DNA from: Trichinella spiralis
Taxonomy: Eukaryota
Reading direction: 5' to 3'
NCBI RefSeq assembly: GCF_000181795.1
Contig: NW_003526946.1
Span: 423,668-487,667 of the forward strand
Length of the DNA: 64,000 nucleotides
The position numbers and the translations under genes were made by a program. Positions 15,321 to 29,081 of this stretch are shown piece after piece. Below the pieces are notes generated by a model. It saw nothing but the letters and a program-made list of their open reading frames with translations, had not been told where the DNA came from and searched no databases. Position 1 is the stretch's first letter; each line of letters starts with the position of its first letter.

Positions 15321-15471
15321 TTTACCCTTTGTCAGAACGTCATTTTACGCTTTGAAGACTGTGTGGCTCAAATACAGTTCAATATTTTTTAATATATTTT
15401 ACAATTTAAATATTTATAATTACATATTACAATTTAAATATTACAATCAAAGAAACATCTGTTATGATGCA

Positions 15472-16960
15472 TTATTTCTTGCATGCTTCAACATTAAACG
15501 CTGCTGTTCTAAAAGCGTTATAAACGTCGGCGTTTTCTAAACAAACAGCCGCACCAGGAATCCGCTTTTCAGTAATCTAAACGAAAGTCGATTAATGAGA
15601 CAACTCTAAGAAAATTTATGAATTTTCAAATCAAAGCTTCACTTTGTAATCATTAGTTGTAAGACAAACAGTATTCTTTCCTTCAACTAATGCCCAATTT
15701 GCGCTATCAGCTTCACGGCTCACTTCACTATCAGCAAACTGCATTGGAGAAGCAATTTTTCGAAGTTTGTATTGTCCTTTACAAAATGATTTTGATTTCA
15801 CATCAGAAGGTGCCCATATTCTGATGCTAGCAGAAAATTTATTTCTCAAAATTCTTGCATACATATCTAAACGACAATATTAAGCACTGTGGTTTTCGAC
15901 GTTTTGACGGACTCAAAATTACCTGCAAATGATTTTGTGTGTTTTCCGAACGCTTGAATACTAGCTTCAACTTGTTTCCGTTTTGTTACAAATCTTGCAT
16001 GCTCCAGGAAAGGTGTCACTCGAACCTCAACTCCATTTACCAAATTGGATAATTCTTCATGTTGATTCAAAATTGCAACGGGTAAATTATTTGCATATAT
16101 GTATGGTTCTTGGTATCGAATTGCTTTTGCTAAAATTTCACTTTCAAAAACTGCCGATGGCAAAATATTGGAATTCCAAAAATGCACGTTGTAATTAAAT
16201 ATTCAAAAATGCATTTACATTGCCTTAAATATTAATAAAATAGTTTTCATTTTAATACCAACAGAATTTAAGAATTCTTCTCTGAAGGACAAACATAAAA
16301 ATATGTGCCCTTTTGCTGTTTCTGCTGGTGGCCAAGAATAACCACCAAGATGTGCCAAAAAATTAGGTACAGTGTGAATAAACCATGCAGCTGCATCAGT
16401 TCGCCTTTTATCAATTAAAAGAACCCCTATAGATTATACATTTCATTATTTCATGTGAATGTTCTCACCGTGAGTTGTATGAGAACAAATACCTTTAGTT
16501 TTACTTTTTTGATTTTTTATAGGTATGTTTGGTGGATCGTCACTATATGCAAGAACTTTGATTTCTGGATTGTTCTGTACAAAATGTGCTAGTGTTCTTC
16601 CTATTGAATGCTGCGCATTATCAATAGATCTAACTGAATTACCCCATGCTGGATTTGGTCCTGATTTCATGATTTTTGTGCTTATCTGATTTGGAGGTTT
16701 ATATACAAAAATCCTTAAAATATTTTTTATGAAAAAGGCAAAGATAAAATAAATAATAAACAGTGAAAGAAAGAAGTTAATATGGTTCTCATAGTTTTAA
16801 TGAATTTGTTTTGTGTAAAAAATACAGTGTATTTTAACATGCAGTGCCTTTAGCAAACTTACCAATCTGCATTTATGTTGGCATCATCCTTGCAAGTAGC
16901 AACTTGTGCAATGCAACTTTTCAGTGAAACCAAGATAATAATTACTGCAGTGAGCATCAT
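15472..16960 (-). CDS. DNase II family secreted protein, copy G2
   Basis: MMLTAVIIILVSLKSCIAQ signal; SKTKGVLL, WFIHTVP, ADSANW; six-exon structure; TAA at 15472-15474. Confidence 0.9.
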
Positions 16961-17311
16961 TTGAATGCACTTTGAAGATTTAAATGAATTTCCTTTATAT
17001 AATATATTTATTATCATTTATGTTATTCATTCATGAGTAAGAATAGTTTTGTTTATGCACTAAAGTGTTTGCACCTATTTATTTGCTTTATATTAAATGC
17101 AATTCTCTAAATTGACTGAAGATATTTGCTTAAATAAAGAACAATGAGTTTTGAAGGTCCTTTAGCAATATCATATTGAGCAATATTTGTACTTCTATTT
17201 AATGCATTTAACAGAAACTCTTCTTAATTAACAGTATAAGCATATATTGGTATTTACGCAGCAATGTGACAGCTAATTGTTATTATTGTTGTTAAGTTAC
17301 GTAGATCCCAT

Positions 17312-18707
17312 TGTAACAACCATTGCTGTACGGCGACGTGGCTAATTGCAGGTCCAGCTGAGGCAGACGCCGAACCGCGGCAATAAAGCCTCCCTTCCCG
17401 CCCAGTTCAAAAGATACCGCCGGCGAGAACCGCGGTCGGCTTCTGGCGACCAACCCGCATGACCCGACGAGCCGGTGCTTAACTAGCCGTCGTTCAGCGT
17501 GTTGTTCGGTCATCGCCGGTCACTGTGGTCCGTTGGGGAAGCGGATCAAAGCCGCCGTGTAATATGCCGCTGATTTATAGAAGAGCCGCAAGCCGGGGGA
17601 TTGTCAGCAAGACAATGGAAGGATCGAATTTCAGTTGACCCACCCCGGTGCCCCCCTGCGGCGGAATACTTCTATATATTGAAGCGGCGGAGACCATCGA
17701 GGCAGTTATCAAGTGGACGAGCGTGGAGTGCGGATGATGGAGACACGAAAACGAGACCGCGCGAGCGAAGACGAACCGGCGAAGAGTAATAACGGGCGAA
17801 CTGGAGCAGACCCGGAGGAAGCAAAGCAGACGACCCCGCCCAGTGGCTCGTTACAATTGGGGCCTGTCCGGGAACCCGTACCAGTACCTGGAGCATACTT
17901 CTACCCGCCTCCGGTATTTAGCCCGGGAATGGATGCCGAAGAGTGGGTGGAGAACCTGGAAGACTTCCTCCGCGCCAGCGGGGTACCAACGATGGATCAT
18001 GGAGCTGTCGGACGACGCCTACTGACGGCCCCGGTGCGCCGCGAGCTATACCCACCCGGACAAGTGAGGGACGACTCTTTCGAGGAGCTGAAGAAACGGC
18101 TGCTAAACGCGTATGGTCCTGAGGAGTCGCTGGCAATGTTGACCGACCGATTCCACGCTCTGCGACAACGCGAAGGCCAATCCATCCAGCAGTTCGCCCA
18201 GGAGGTGGCAGAGTTGGGACGCAGAGCGGGGGTTTCAGAACGCGACCTCGTGATACGTTTCAGCGGCGGGGTAACGTCGAGGGAAGTCTACCGGGCGATC
18301 CGGCTGCAGGAACCGCCGACCCTCGCCGAAGCTCGAAAGCTGGCCACCAGGATAATCCAGGTGGAGGACGGCTACCAGGAGAAGCAGCAGCTCCGCGCCG
18401 GCGTCGCAAAGACAGAGAAGTCAGAGATGGCCGAGAAGATCGACGCCATGATAAGGGAGATGGGCAACCTGGCCAAGAAAGTGGAACAGCTGGAACGAGC
18501 GGCGCTACGGCCCCCCAGGACTGCACCCAGATGCTTCCGTTGTGGCAGCCTGGACCACCTCCGGCGAGACTGCCCCCAGCTCCGGACCCGAACCCGGCCA
18601 ACGCGTGCCCTGAATAATGGACGCGGGGACCGCCGTCTTTTAGCGATGACGGAGCTTCAAGCTGGACCTGCAATTAGCCACGCCGTCGTACAGCAATGGT
18701 CGTTACA
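17312..18707. mobile_element. 1396-bp GC-rich element with 48-bp terminal inverted repeats and 4-bp TSD (CCAT), encoding only Gag
   Basis: 17312-17359 vs reverse complement of 18660-18707 match at 45/48. Ends TGT...ACA. CCAT at 17308-17311 and 18708-18711. Sharp GC rise against the host. Confidence 0.9.
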
Positions 18708-18738
18708 CCATTATAAGTTTTTGAACAGAATAGCTTAA
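17734..18738 (+). CDS. gag: Ty3/Gypsy-like Gag (capsid plus CCHC zinc knuckle)
   Basis: Intronless 334-codon ORF from ATG 17734: EEWVENLEDF, FEELKKRL, MHR-like LRQREGQSIQQF, PPTLAEA, a coiled coil and CFRCGSLDHLRRDC (18532-18573). Reads through the right TIR and stops in host DNA. Confidence 0.85.
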   Translation: MMETRKRDRASEDEPAKSNNGRTGADPEEAKQTTPPSGSLQLGPVREPVPVPGAYFYPPPVFSPGMDAEEWVENLEDFLRASGVPTMDHGAVGRRLLTAPVRRELYPPGQVRDDSFEELKKRLLNAYGPEESLAMLTDRFHALRQREGQSIQQFAQEVAELGRRAGVSERDLVIRFSGGVTSREVYRAIRLQEPPTLAEARKLATRIIQVEDGYQEKQQLRAGVAKTEKSEMAEKIDAMIREMGNLAKKVEQLERAALRPPRTAPRCFRCGSLDHLRRDCPQLRTRTRPTRALNNGRGDRRLLAMTELQAGPAISHAVVQQWSLHHYKFLNRIA

Positions 18739-19205
18739 AGTTTAATATATCAAAAAAAATAAGTCAAAATGAAGCAGAATGCTTGTTAGATCTTGTTCTT
18801 TTATTGCCTTTATTAAGAACATGCCTCAAAGCTAAAATGCCTAGTTCAACGTTACTGATAATTTGCTTTTCTGCGCATTTGTTTGTAAAAAATTGGAGAA
18901 AAATTCTTTTTTTAACTAAGTTGAAGGTATTTCAATCACATTTCTCTGATCTACTTTATAAAAAAATTTTAAATAATTATGATAATTGTTATTATAATAA
19001 TCAGAATGTGTGAAACGTAATTCCATGCTTGTTTAGCATGTTGCTTAATTTGAATCAAGTACTGTAAAAATCGCGTGCGCTGTGCCGATAGAAGACGTGA
19101 GAATTTTTTCAACCCGCTTCAGAGTTTGTGGTTGCTTTTTTTATCAACTGCATAACATAATAAGAAATTTAGAAATTATATATAAAAAGATTGTTTAATA
19201 TTTAA

Positions 19206-20000
19206 CCATCAGATGGACTGTTGGCGCTATGTACGTTTTTGGGTTCCTGGGGTCACATTGCCCCCTTTAGAAAAACGTATAGAAAAGCTTGAATAATCCT
19301 AATTTCTTGTAAATTTTTTCCAGTAAATAGTATTAGAATAGTTTTGTATTTTTTTATCAAAGGCTGATTAATTTAAATCACTTTAAGTTTTACATGGCAG
19401 AAAAAATGCAACAAAGCAACCTTCGTAACAGTGTTGATTTACGCTTATTTTGCTATGGCAGGCTGATTATGACAATCTTCACCAAGGAAATGATAATTAT
19501 ATTTGTAGAGGTGTGTTTCACATTTTCTGGAACGACTGTTGATTTTCTCGTCCTTTTCTGTATTACACAACTCGCATCCTTTGCTAACTGCTCTTGTATT
19601 GCATACAGATATATATAGGCGCATGTAGAAAGAATATATTATTAGGGATTGTTTTCTTAAGTCGTCGTATCCAAAGTTTGGCATGAATCATAACATCTAA
19701 TCACAAAAAAATACTTTTAATGTAATTTACACTTTTGCAGTGTATTATTGCTATTTTGTTTGCTGTTGTACTGCGTATTTCTTTCAGTGTTTTTTCCATT
19801 CACTACTTGTTTAATTTGTTTGATGGAATGCTGAAAGAACTTTCAGGAAAGCGATTTCAACAAATGTGCATCCAATCCGCTTCCTTACACAGTACAAAAA
19901 GAAGAAAAGGATGAATAAAAGACGCGCGTCTTTTGACAGTAAAAAAGGCAAAAAGTCAGTACCTATTGTAGCATCTGTAAAACACTGTGCTTTGTGAAAA
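19206..20000 (+). mobile_element. Degenerate piggyBac-like relic
   Basis: TTAA|CCATCAGATGGACTGTTGG resembles TTAA|CCCTTTGATGGATTGTTGG at 62235. 19261-19320 resembles 62457-62520. A KRQKVSTYCSICKTLC Cys-rich tail is readable near 19943-19990. Right end not found. Confidence 0.45.
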
Positions 20001-21318
20001 GTTTTATAATAATCTCGTCACGTCAAACTAACATACATAATCAGAATTACAAAAGCTGTTTTGTTGCATTTTTCAGCACGTAAAGACTTAAAAATTATTT
20101 TAATTAATTCATTTTGGATAAAAAATATAAGGCCATCATAATACTATACGCTGAAAAAAATTACAAGGAACTGAGATTATTCAGGCTGTTTGATAGGCTT
20201 TTCCGGTATGGGGTGTATTTGAACCTTAGAATCCAAAAACGTACATTTCGGCTTTGAAATGTAGAGAAATACTAACAAAAAGTCCAAAAATGTGCATTTT
20301 TTTCATAACATATTGTTTTAGAAGAGATATCACTCAACTTCATGTCATAATGATAGAACATTACGGAGTAAAGCGCATAAGAATCACTCTGAGATCATCA
20401 GAGAATAACTGAATTTAAAAATACATCAATATTTATCTATAAAAATAATATTATTAGTCATAATGTTTTAAAAAACTCAGTTTTTAAATTTAACAAACAC
20501 ATCGTCTCATTAATAGCATTCCAACTGTTTTTTATAGCCAATTGAAATTGCAATCTACATTATTAATTTAATATAATTATCAAATGGCTGAGAAATTATA
20601 TATATATACATATATACGTATAAATTAAAAAACTGACTTAATTCATAATGAGATACAGATTCCATATAATATATATATATATATATGCATTATGAAAATT
20701 TTAAATTTATGATGCAAAATAAAATAATAAAAAAACGACTTAATTCACTGCGAGATATGGATTCCATGTAATATAAAAGAGATGAAATGCAGAAAAATAA
20801 CGCTGATACTTCTCATCACTTTTAAGACCAACATAGTTACCAAAATAGCTTTACCATTTAACATACATTCATATTTCAGTGTATGAAAAGTAAAAAAAAA
20901 TAAAATTACAAATACTTATCACATACCACTAAAAGCAAAACTGTCATTACAATCACTGTCATTTAATTACTGCAATCTGCTACATTAAATGCTCCTGAAA
21001 GAAAAGCATTATAAACGCGAAATGCTTAAAAAACACCATTAAAAAATTATGTGCAACCAGCCACTTCGTCATAATCTAAATTGATGTTGCAAAATACAGA
21101 AGACAAAAGAGAAGCTACATTAATTCCCTCCATTTAACGACTAAGAGGGATTAAGTGGAAAAAACGTGACAGTTTTTAATCATTTTTAATAGTAACATCG
21201 TTTATTAAATGATTCAGACCAAATGCACATTGCAGAATATCAAAAAGTGAAAAATTAAAATGGAAAATAATCTTTGCATTTTATAAACAATAGAAACTGC
21301 CGTTCTAATTACTTCGAG

Positions 21319-22816
21319 TTACATGTTACATGCTACAACATTAACTGCTGCTGTATTGAAAGCGTTATAAACATTAACATTTTCAACACAAACAGCAGCT
21401 CCCGGAATCCGTTTTTCAGTAGTCTAAATGAAAAAAAATTTATGAACTGTAGACATATTTTAAACAAAGTATACATTTACTTCTTGACTACTCACCTTAT
21501 AATCATTTGTTGTAAGACATACTGTGTTCTTTCCTTCAACTAATGCCCATTTTGCACTGTCAGCTTCACGATGCACTTGATCACCATCAAGCTGTATTGG
21601 AGAAGCAATTTTTCGAAGATGGTATTGTCCCTTACAAATTGACTTCGATCTTACATCAGAAGGTGCCCATATTTTGATTCTTGCAGAAAGTTTTTTTCTC
21701 AAAACTCTTTCATACATATCTGAATGACAATATTAAGTAATATTGCTTTCCATGCTTCAACAGACACAAAATTACCTGCATATGATTTTGTGTGTTTTCC
21801 AAAAGCTTGAACATTCATGCCATTATTTCTTGTTGTTAATTTTGTATGCTCCAGAAAAGGTGTTATGCGAATCTCAACTCCTGTCGCCAAATTCGAAAGT
21901 TCATTATGTTGATTCAAAAGTTCAGGAGGTAAATTACTCGCATATATGTATGGTTCTTGGTATCGAATTGCTTTAGCTGAAAATTTGCAATTATTTAAGA
22001 ATTGCCACAAAATACCATTGAACTCAGCAAAGCCAGTTTACTCAAAATAGCTTGGAATAACTGTAAACTTTAATATGTCTCATTTTCATACCTACAGCAT
22101 TTAAAGATTCTTCATTGATTGATAAACATAAAAATATGTGTCCCTTTGCTGTTTCTGTTTGTGGCCAAGAATAACCACCAAGATGTGATAAAAATTTGGG
22201 CACTGTGTGCACAAACCACGCAGCTGCATTAGCTCCTGAATTATCAATTAAAAGTACTCCTAAAAATAATGTATGAATTTAACTTATGTCTGTGAAGCTT
22301 TTTTCTTAGTCCGCACAACAATGAAAGCACCTTTGGCTTTGCTTTTTTCATTTCTTGGAGGCAAATTTGGTGGATCATCACTATATGCAAGAACTTTGAT
22401 GTTTTGGTTCTCTGCTACAAAATGTGCCATTGTTCGAACTATTGAATGGCCGTTGTTGCTCTCGATGGACTGTGCAGAACGTGCCCAAGCTGGATTTGGT
22501 CCTGACTGCATAATTTTTGTTTGTAAAGCATTTGGAGGTTTGTATACAAAATACCTTCAAATAAAAAATTCATTACAAACCATGATGCATTATAATTGAG
22601 AACAGAAGCGTTAAACCAAAGTTATGTCAATGTAATCATTATAACTTTTGTAATTGTAGCACACTTGCTTCATTAAAAAATGAATTTTGCAAGGTTGCGT
22701 ATTTAATTTGCATACCAGTTGAGATCAGCATCGTTATCTGCCTTGCAAGTTGCAACATCTTGCGCCCAGCTGCTTCCCAGTGATATTAAAATCACAGTTA
22801 TTATTGTCAGCATCAT
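21319..22816 (-). CDS. DNase II family secreted protein, copy G3
   Basis: MMLTIITVILISLGSSWAQ signal; SKAKGVLL, WFVHTVP, ADSAKW; six exons. Confidence 0.9.
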
Positions 22817-25237
22817 TTAACTGGACTATGATTTCTTTTCATTGTACTTTATGCGTACGTATATAAATTTATATATACATTTATGTATGCTGGTCACAGT
22901 GTATCTCTATGTTTATTGTAGGAAATGTTAATTCCAATTTGTTCAATAAATATTAGTTAGTTAACTCGAATCAATTATAGAAACAGCCACCTTTTAGTTA
23001 AATAAGCAATAAAGAGCTCTGCAATTGCTCTAGTTAATTACTGAATGATAACATTGTTTGTTTTTATTATGTCAGAAAAATAAAATTTTCTTAAAGTATC
23101 TGTTTGACCATTTAACAGTAATGACGTAAAAATGCAATTCATCAATTATTCACAGATTTTCAGCTTGATAATAAAATAATTAAACAATTATTTGATGCAT
23201 ATTATTTTTACATCTCTTACTTGATTTTTTTTAAATTTTTAACCGCTTTTTAATTAAGGATTTGTGTGTAATATTTTTGTTACTATTAATAAAATTCCCT
23301 TTAAAATTAACATCAATAATAGTTAAATAAAGTTTTACAAAGTAAACACTGCTAAAAGAAATTTTTTGCTTATTCTTATCTAGAATCACATTCAGTGTTA
23401 ATTATCTGAACAAATTTTATCAGATATTTATATATTCATTTATTATTTCATAGTTTAAATTACTTTGCATCTGCCTATCTTATCATCTTTTACTAAGTGG
23501 AGAAAGTACATTTTACTATATCATGAAAATAAACTTTAAGGTTTATGGCAAATAAAAAGTATTCTTTCTCAGAGGAACCAGTTATGAGTTAAATAGTTCT
23601 ATTATGTCAATTTTTAATAAGAAATTGCTGAAATATTAAATGCTTGAAAAACAAATTAAAACAATTTTTATTTGTACATGCGCAGCTTATAATTTCTTTT
23701 TCTATGCTATGAAACATTTTTGTTATTACAAAAATGCATTCTATTACATCTATAATTCAAAAAGATATTCTTTAGTGAGAGTTTTGATCTGAAAGTGCGG
23801 GTTCAATCTGAAACTCATTTATATAACTAAATAATGACGGTGTCAATAATTCTTTAAGTGCATTTGTTATAGGAAATAAAAGAAATCTTTTAAAGCAACG
23901 TTTTCTCCTATATTTAATTGAGAAATATATTTGGCCTGAGCACTGTATAATGTTTTATAAATAATGATTTGTAAATTCAATAGAAAATTGCATAGATAAC
24001 CAAAAGTATATAAATTTTTTCAAAAAACATTAACAGATTCAAAAGAAACTATTTCCTTTGTATGTTTTTAGGAGGCATGGGATTTTGAAATAAATTTCAT
24101 TTTTTAAATGAGTTAAAAGTTCTTATTCTGCTGAATGACTTTTTAACTGAATTTGAAATATGAATAATAACAATACTGCTTCATGACCCAAGATGCACAA
24201 TTTCAACCTTTCTAAGTGTGCTGTTTTATTAAATATAAATATAAAAAGAAACATCCTGCGCTGTGAAATGGAAAAAATGGGAATTCTATAGAGAATAAAT
24301 TTATTCTTCAGAATTTCATTGTTATATATTGATCAATTTTAAAAATTATAAATTTTAATGCAGCCATTAAGTTAAAGATTAAAAAATTAATTCAGTAATA
24401 ATGCAATTATATTAAAGTAAACTGCTATCACTTCTTAAGTTTTCATTTCAAATTAGACTGCTTTTCATATAAAAGCAATGTTCAAAGTTTCAGATTAATT
24501 AGCTCAGCACAACATATTGCATAAATTTAGCATATATTAAATCAGAAAAAAATTTTCTTATAAAAGACACTTTCAAAACGCTATTATTTTCGCATTGCTA
24601 GAGAAATGTACAGCTGCAGTCATTTTACAAAATTCAGAATGAAAACAAAATTTCAAAACCAAAAAATTGTGTCATTAATGTGTCATACTACGAAGCACCA
24701 TTCGTGTATAAAATACTGTATAAATTTAAATAAATACATTGCAAAAAGTAAGTAATTAAAATTTTCACCCTTTTATAGCCAGTGTTGTGAATTCACAGCA
24801 TCCTTTTTTGGATGGCATTTACAAATAAATGCGTGTCGTTTCAGGAGGAGTTTTTTACGCTGATTAAGAAATGAAAAGCATAAATTGTTTAATTGTTGGA
24901 ATGAATATATTGCTTTGCCACAAGTAAAGCTCGAGCTCAAAGATGCAAAATTTTATGTAGCTACTTGTTGTCTGCATTGAAATTGCTTTCATGGAAGTTA
25001 GAAGCCGTGTTGTAGTTTGCAAAATTTAGGACTTCCAGAGGTAGTTCTCCTGTACATTGCTGCAAAAATTTTAGCAAATTAAGTCAAATAGACTTCACAA
25101 CAGCTGCACAAATAATAAATCTGTTTTACTTTTCAGAATAGAATTTACATTTCTAACATAAAAGATGACAAAATCAAAACAATAAATAACTTCCATGTAA
25201 TAAATAAAATGTAGCAGCCATTATAAGCTACAACGAA

Positions 25238-26813
25238 TTATTTATTGCATCCTTCCAAATTAGCCGCAGCTGCACTGAAAGCGTTATAAACGCCAGCATT
25301 CTCTAAACATACAGCTGCACCTGGAATTTTCTTTTCACCAACCTAAATGAAAGAATTCCAAATGTAACACTGAAAAATTATGAATATATTTCATTCCAAC
25401 AGCTTACTGTATAATCATTGGTTGTCAAACAAACAGTGTTTTTTTGTTCAACTAATGCCCACTTGGCGCTATCAGCTTCACGGCTTACTTGACTACCAGC
25501 CAACTGCATTGGAGAAGCAATTTTTCGTAGTTGATATTGTCCTTTACAAATTGATTTCGATCTTGTATCTGAAGGTGCCCATATTCTGATGTTGGCAGCA
25601 AGTTTATTTTTCAAAACTTTTGCATACATATCTAATTATATTTTACACTTTTATTTCTTTTAATAATTCAGTAAAAACAAAACTACCTGAATGTGATTTT
25701 GTGTGTTTTCCGAAAGCTTGTATATTTGCAGCTGCTCCAGCTGCCGCCTTTGTTGTAAATTTTGCATGTTCCAGAAAAGGTGTCACTCGAATCTGAGCTC
25801 CCGTTATTAAATTAGATAGTTCTACATGTTGATTCAGAAGTTCAGGTGATAAACTATTAGCGTATATAAATGGTTCCTGGTATCGAATAGCTTTAGCTAA
25901 AAATTTTCTATTAATTAGCTGATGATACATTACATGAATTCAAAATTCCTGATTATAAATGAGCACTAAGACTTATAATTGTGAACTTGGAAGTAATATT
26001 TTATAAATACGTTACGTTGAAAAGAAAAGTTCTGCTTTCATACCAACTGAATTTAAATGAGCTTTACTGAGCGACAAGCACAAAAACATGTGTCCCTTAG
26101 CTGTTTCTGCTGCTGGCCACGAGTAACCACCAAGGTGTGCTAAAAACTTAGGCACAGTGTGCACAAACCACGCTGCTGCGTCATTTCCTGTATTGTCAAC
26201 TAAAAGTACTCCTAAAATCAAAATATGCGTTTATTTTGTTTAGGTATTGTTTTAATATACAACTTTAAAATAACCTTTAGCTTTGCTTTTTTCATTTTGT
26301 GGCAGCAAATTTGGTGGATTATCACTGTATGCAAGAACTTTGATGTCCATGTGTTCTGCTACAAAACTAGCCATTGTTCTGAATATTGAATGGACTGCGG
26401 CTTGATCGATGGTTTGGGCCGAAGCAGCCCAAGCTGGATTTCCTTCTGATTTCATAATGCTGCTGCTTACCACATTTGGAGGCTTGTAAACAAAAAACCT
26501 TAAAATATTGCGGATTTGTATTATAATGGCATTATAATATGTTTTTAATGCTGACAACGTGTCTTCTATAATTTTTTATTTTTTAACCGTAATAATGATG
26601 AAATTCATATAGATAGTTAGATTTTAAACTGCTGAAGTTTTGTAATTGAAGCGCTTATTTTTCATCAAAAACTTTGAATATAACCTATTTTAGTACACAG
26701 AATTTTTAATTAGCTTACCAATCGACATTATTGTTAGCATCGTCTCTGCAAGTTGCAACTTGTGCAGTGCAGCAGTTCAATGAAATCAAGATAAGAATTA
26801 TTGTTATGTACAT
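25238..26813 (-). CDS. DNase II family secreted protein, copy G4
   Basis: MYITIILILISLNCCTAQ signal; SKAKGVLL, WFVHTVP, ADSAKW. Confidence 0.9.
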
Positions 26814-27739
26814 TATTTTAATGATCTTTGAGTATTTTAATAATTTGCTTTCCCTTATATTGCTCACTTATATATAGAACCGTATTTTTATGTTGATACT
26901 TGTAGGTATTTGCACATGTTAATTATTATTAGTATTAAGAATTAATTTGTATTAATTACACTCCTGAACGAACTATCTGAAACAGGAAATGTTTATTTAA
27001 ATATGCGTAGTAATTAAGTACTTAATTAACTGTTTAATGGTATAAATACTTCCATTATGTGTAGCTAAGATATCTACATTCTATGTATTTTCAATCATAA
27101 GTATTTCAATTTTATTTAAAGTTACTTATTACAAATCCAAGATCAAAGTAATTAAAAATAAAGTATATGGCAATCGTATTATTTATGGTTGCAACAGAAC
27201 TAACGATTACGTCTGTCAAATTCTGTCTCATTATACTTATTCTGCATTCAGTTATATTTGAACTTCACTTTTTTCCACAAAGCTGCTACTTCTTTAATTT
27301 AAGCTTATCTAAACTTTTTATTATAATTTGTTTTTATTTATATTTCATGTTTTCCAACATTTCAGCATTCCAACATTTCGTGCTTGCGCAACACTTGAAA
27401 TAAGTATTTTAAAAATTGCACTCCATTGAACAATTAAAACGGACGATTTTATTAGACGATGATACGATAATAGATGATAATTATACATTGATATTTCTTG
27501 CATGAAGAGCTTGCAATTTTGATTTTAGCATTGCTTACTTTAATTATGTCTTATATTTATTGCATAGTTTTTATATTTTAATACAAAATTTAGCAAAACT
27601 CGAATTCACCTATTAATAGTGTATGTATAAACTATAATGGTGCATTAGCTATATCAAGAAGCAGTTAGAAAAATGCTAACAGTTTTATTGTTTCTTACAG
27701 CATCATTTACACTTGCATTATAAATCATCATAATTCAAT

Positions 27740-27985
27740 CATTTCTTTCCAATGCCGCAGAGCATCTGGATGTTCTTCACGGATTTCTGATGAAGTTGCG
27801 CAGCTTTTTCATTTGTCTTCTTCACAATTATGTTGACCATTTCTGCTGTGATAAGTAGCTTGAAAAGATCTGCTGGAACTTGAATCCCAGATACGTCTTT
27901 AGTTACAGCAAAACTTTCACGAACCACATTGTGAGACCGTATCTGCATTCTGGATGGTACTGTTGTCGACCAAACACGTTCAAAT
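27740..27985 (-). mobile_element. piggyBac transposase N-terminal fragment (relic)
   Basis: VWSTTVP..IRSHNVVRE...PADLFKLLITAEMVNIIVKKTNEKA resembles the start of the piggyBac/PGBD DDE domain; truncated. Confidence 0.6.
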
Positions 27986-29081
27986 GATGAAAAAAGAAAG
28001 GAAACAAGTAAAAAATGAAAACCCACTGAAAAAACAACCAATACAGCAAGAACCAAAGTATTAAAAACACAATACAAGATTATAAGCAACATTAAAAAAC
28101 ATTTGCTTTTAAACATATGTCAGATTTTATGCCAAACTTTGGAAAGGACGACAAAAAACAAAAAAACAAAAATTTTTATTTACAACTTGTGCTGATATAG
28201 CAATAAGACATATCATAATGTGAGAAATGGTTGAAAATTCAGAGCCATAAATGTGGATAATAAAATCAACAGTTGTTCCAATAAACGTGAAAAATCATGC
28301 TGAAGTAAAAATTATTATTTTTTAAATAAAAATTGCTACAAACAACAGAGCGCGTGGAAAAACGTAAATCACCACATCTCTGAGTCTTGGCTTTTTGTAT
28401 CTTTTGTCGCAGAGTTTCATAAAAATCTATTTTATTAAAGATTTATAATTATAGTCAGATAGACCTAAGAGAGAGCTATCTTTTAAAACAAATTTAATAC
28501 AATTTGAGATTATTTTCGAGTAACACAAAGTATCATATAAGAACATACAAAATAGCATGCGCTTAGTAAAGATATGCAAAATATGATTTTTTTTTCTTTA
28601 GTATTCAAACGGCAGTTTTCATTAAATTCAATAAATACAATTTCAGTATTCAATTAATTCATATTAAAAAATATCAAATGAAATTAGAAATAAATAATAA
28701 GCAATTAAAAATAGATAATAAAAGTTCAAATAAAACTAAAATATAGATTAATTTAAAATATTGACATCAAATGGTATGCAAGTTAAATATTAAAAAAATT
28801 AAATGTAGCAAAAAACACAACCATTCGTTCTAAAAACAAAAATTTATGTTATTAAGCATGAAAACATTCAATTAAGAGAAGATATCTAAAATATACACCA
28901 CGTTCTTTATTATCAATAATTTGGTAAGGGAACTACTAATAACATTACTTTAATCAAAATTTATATAAACATGGCCATGCCAACATCAGTAGAGGTTATA
29001 CAAGTAACAACATGCAATCATAAATGTAACTAAATAGATAAACAGAAAGAACGGAACAAATTGTTAAACTTACTATATCTA

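Noticed and set aside
17705..17730. TATCA-AG-TGGACGAGCG as an LTR end plus tRNA primer-binding site
   Set aside because: I cannot match it to a tRNA 3' end, and no second direct LTR or polypurine tract is present.
17843..18673. Overlapping alternative-frame ORFs within gag
   Set aside because: Expected by chance in GC-rich sequence; no recognisable motifs.
21120..21155. Small hairpin TAATTCCCTC...GAGGGATTA downstream of G3
   Set aside because: Short imperfect stem, not shared by paralogs.
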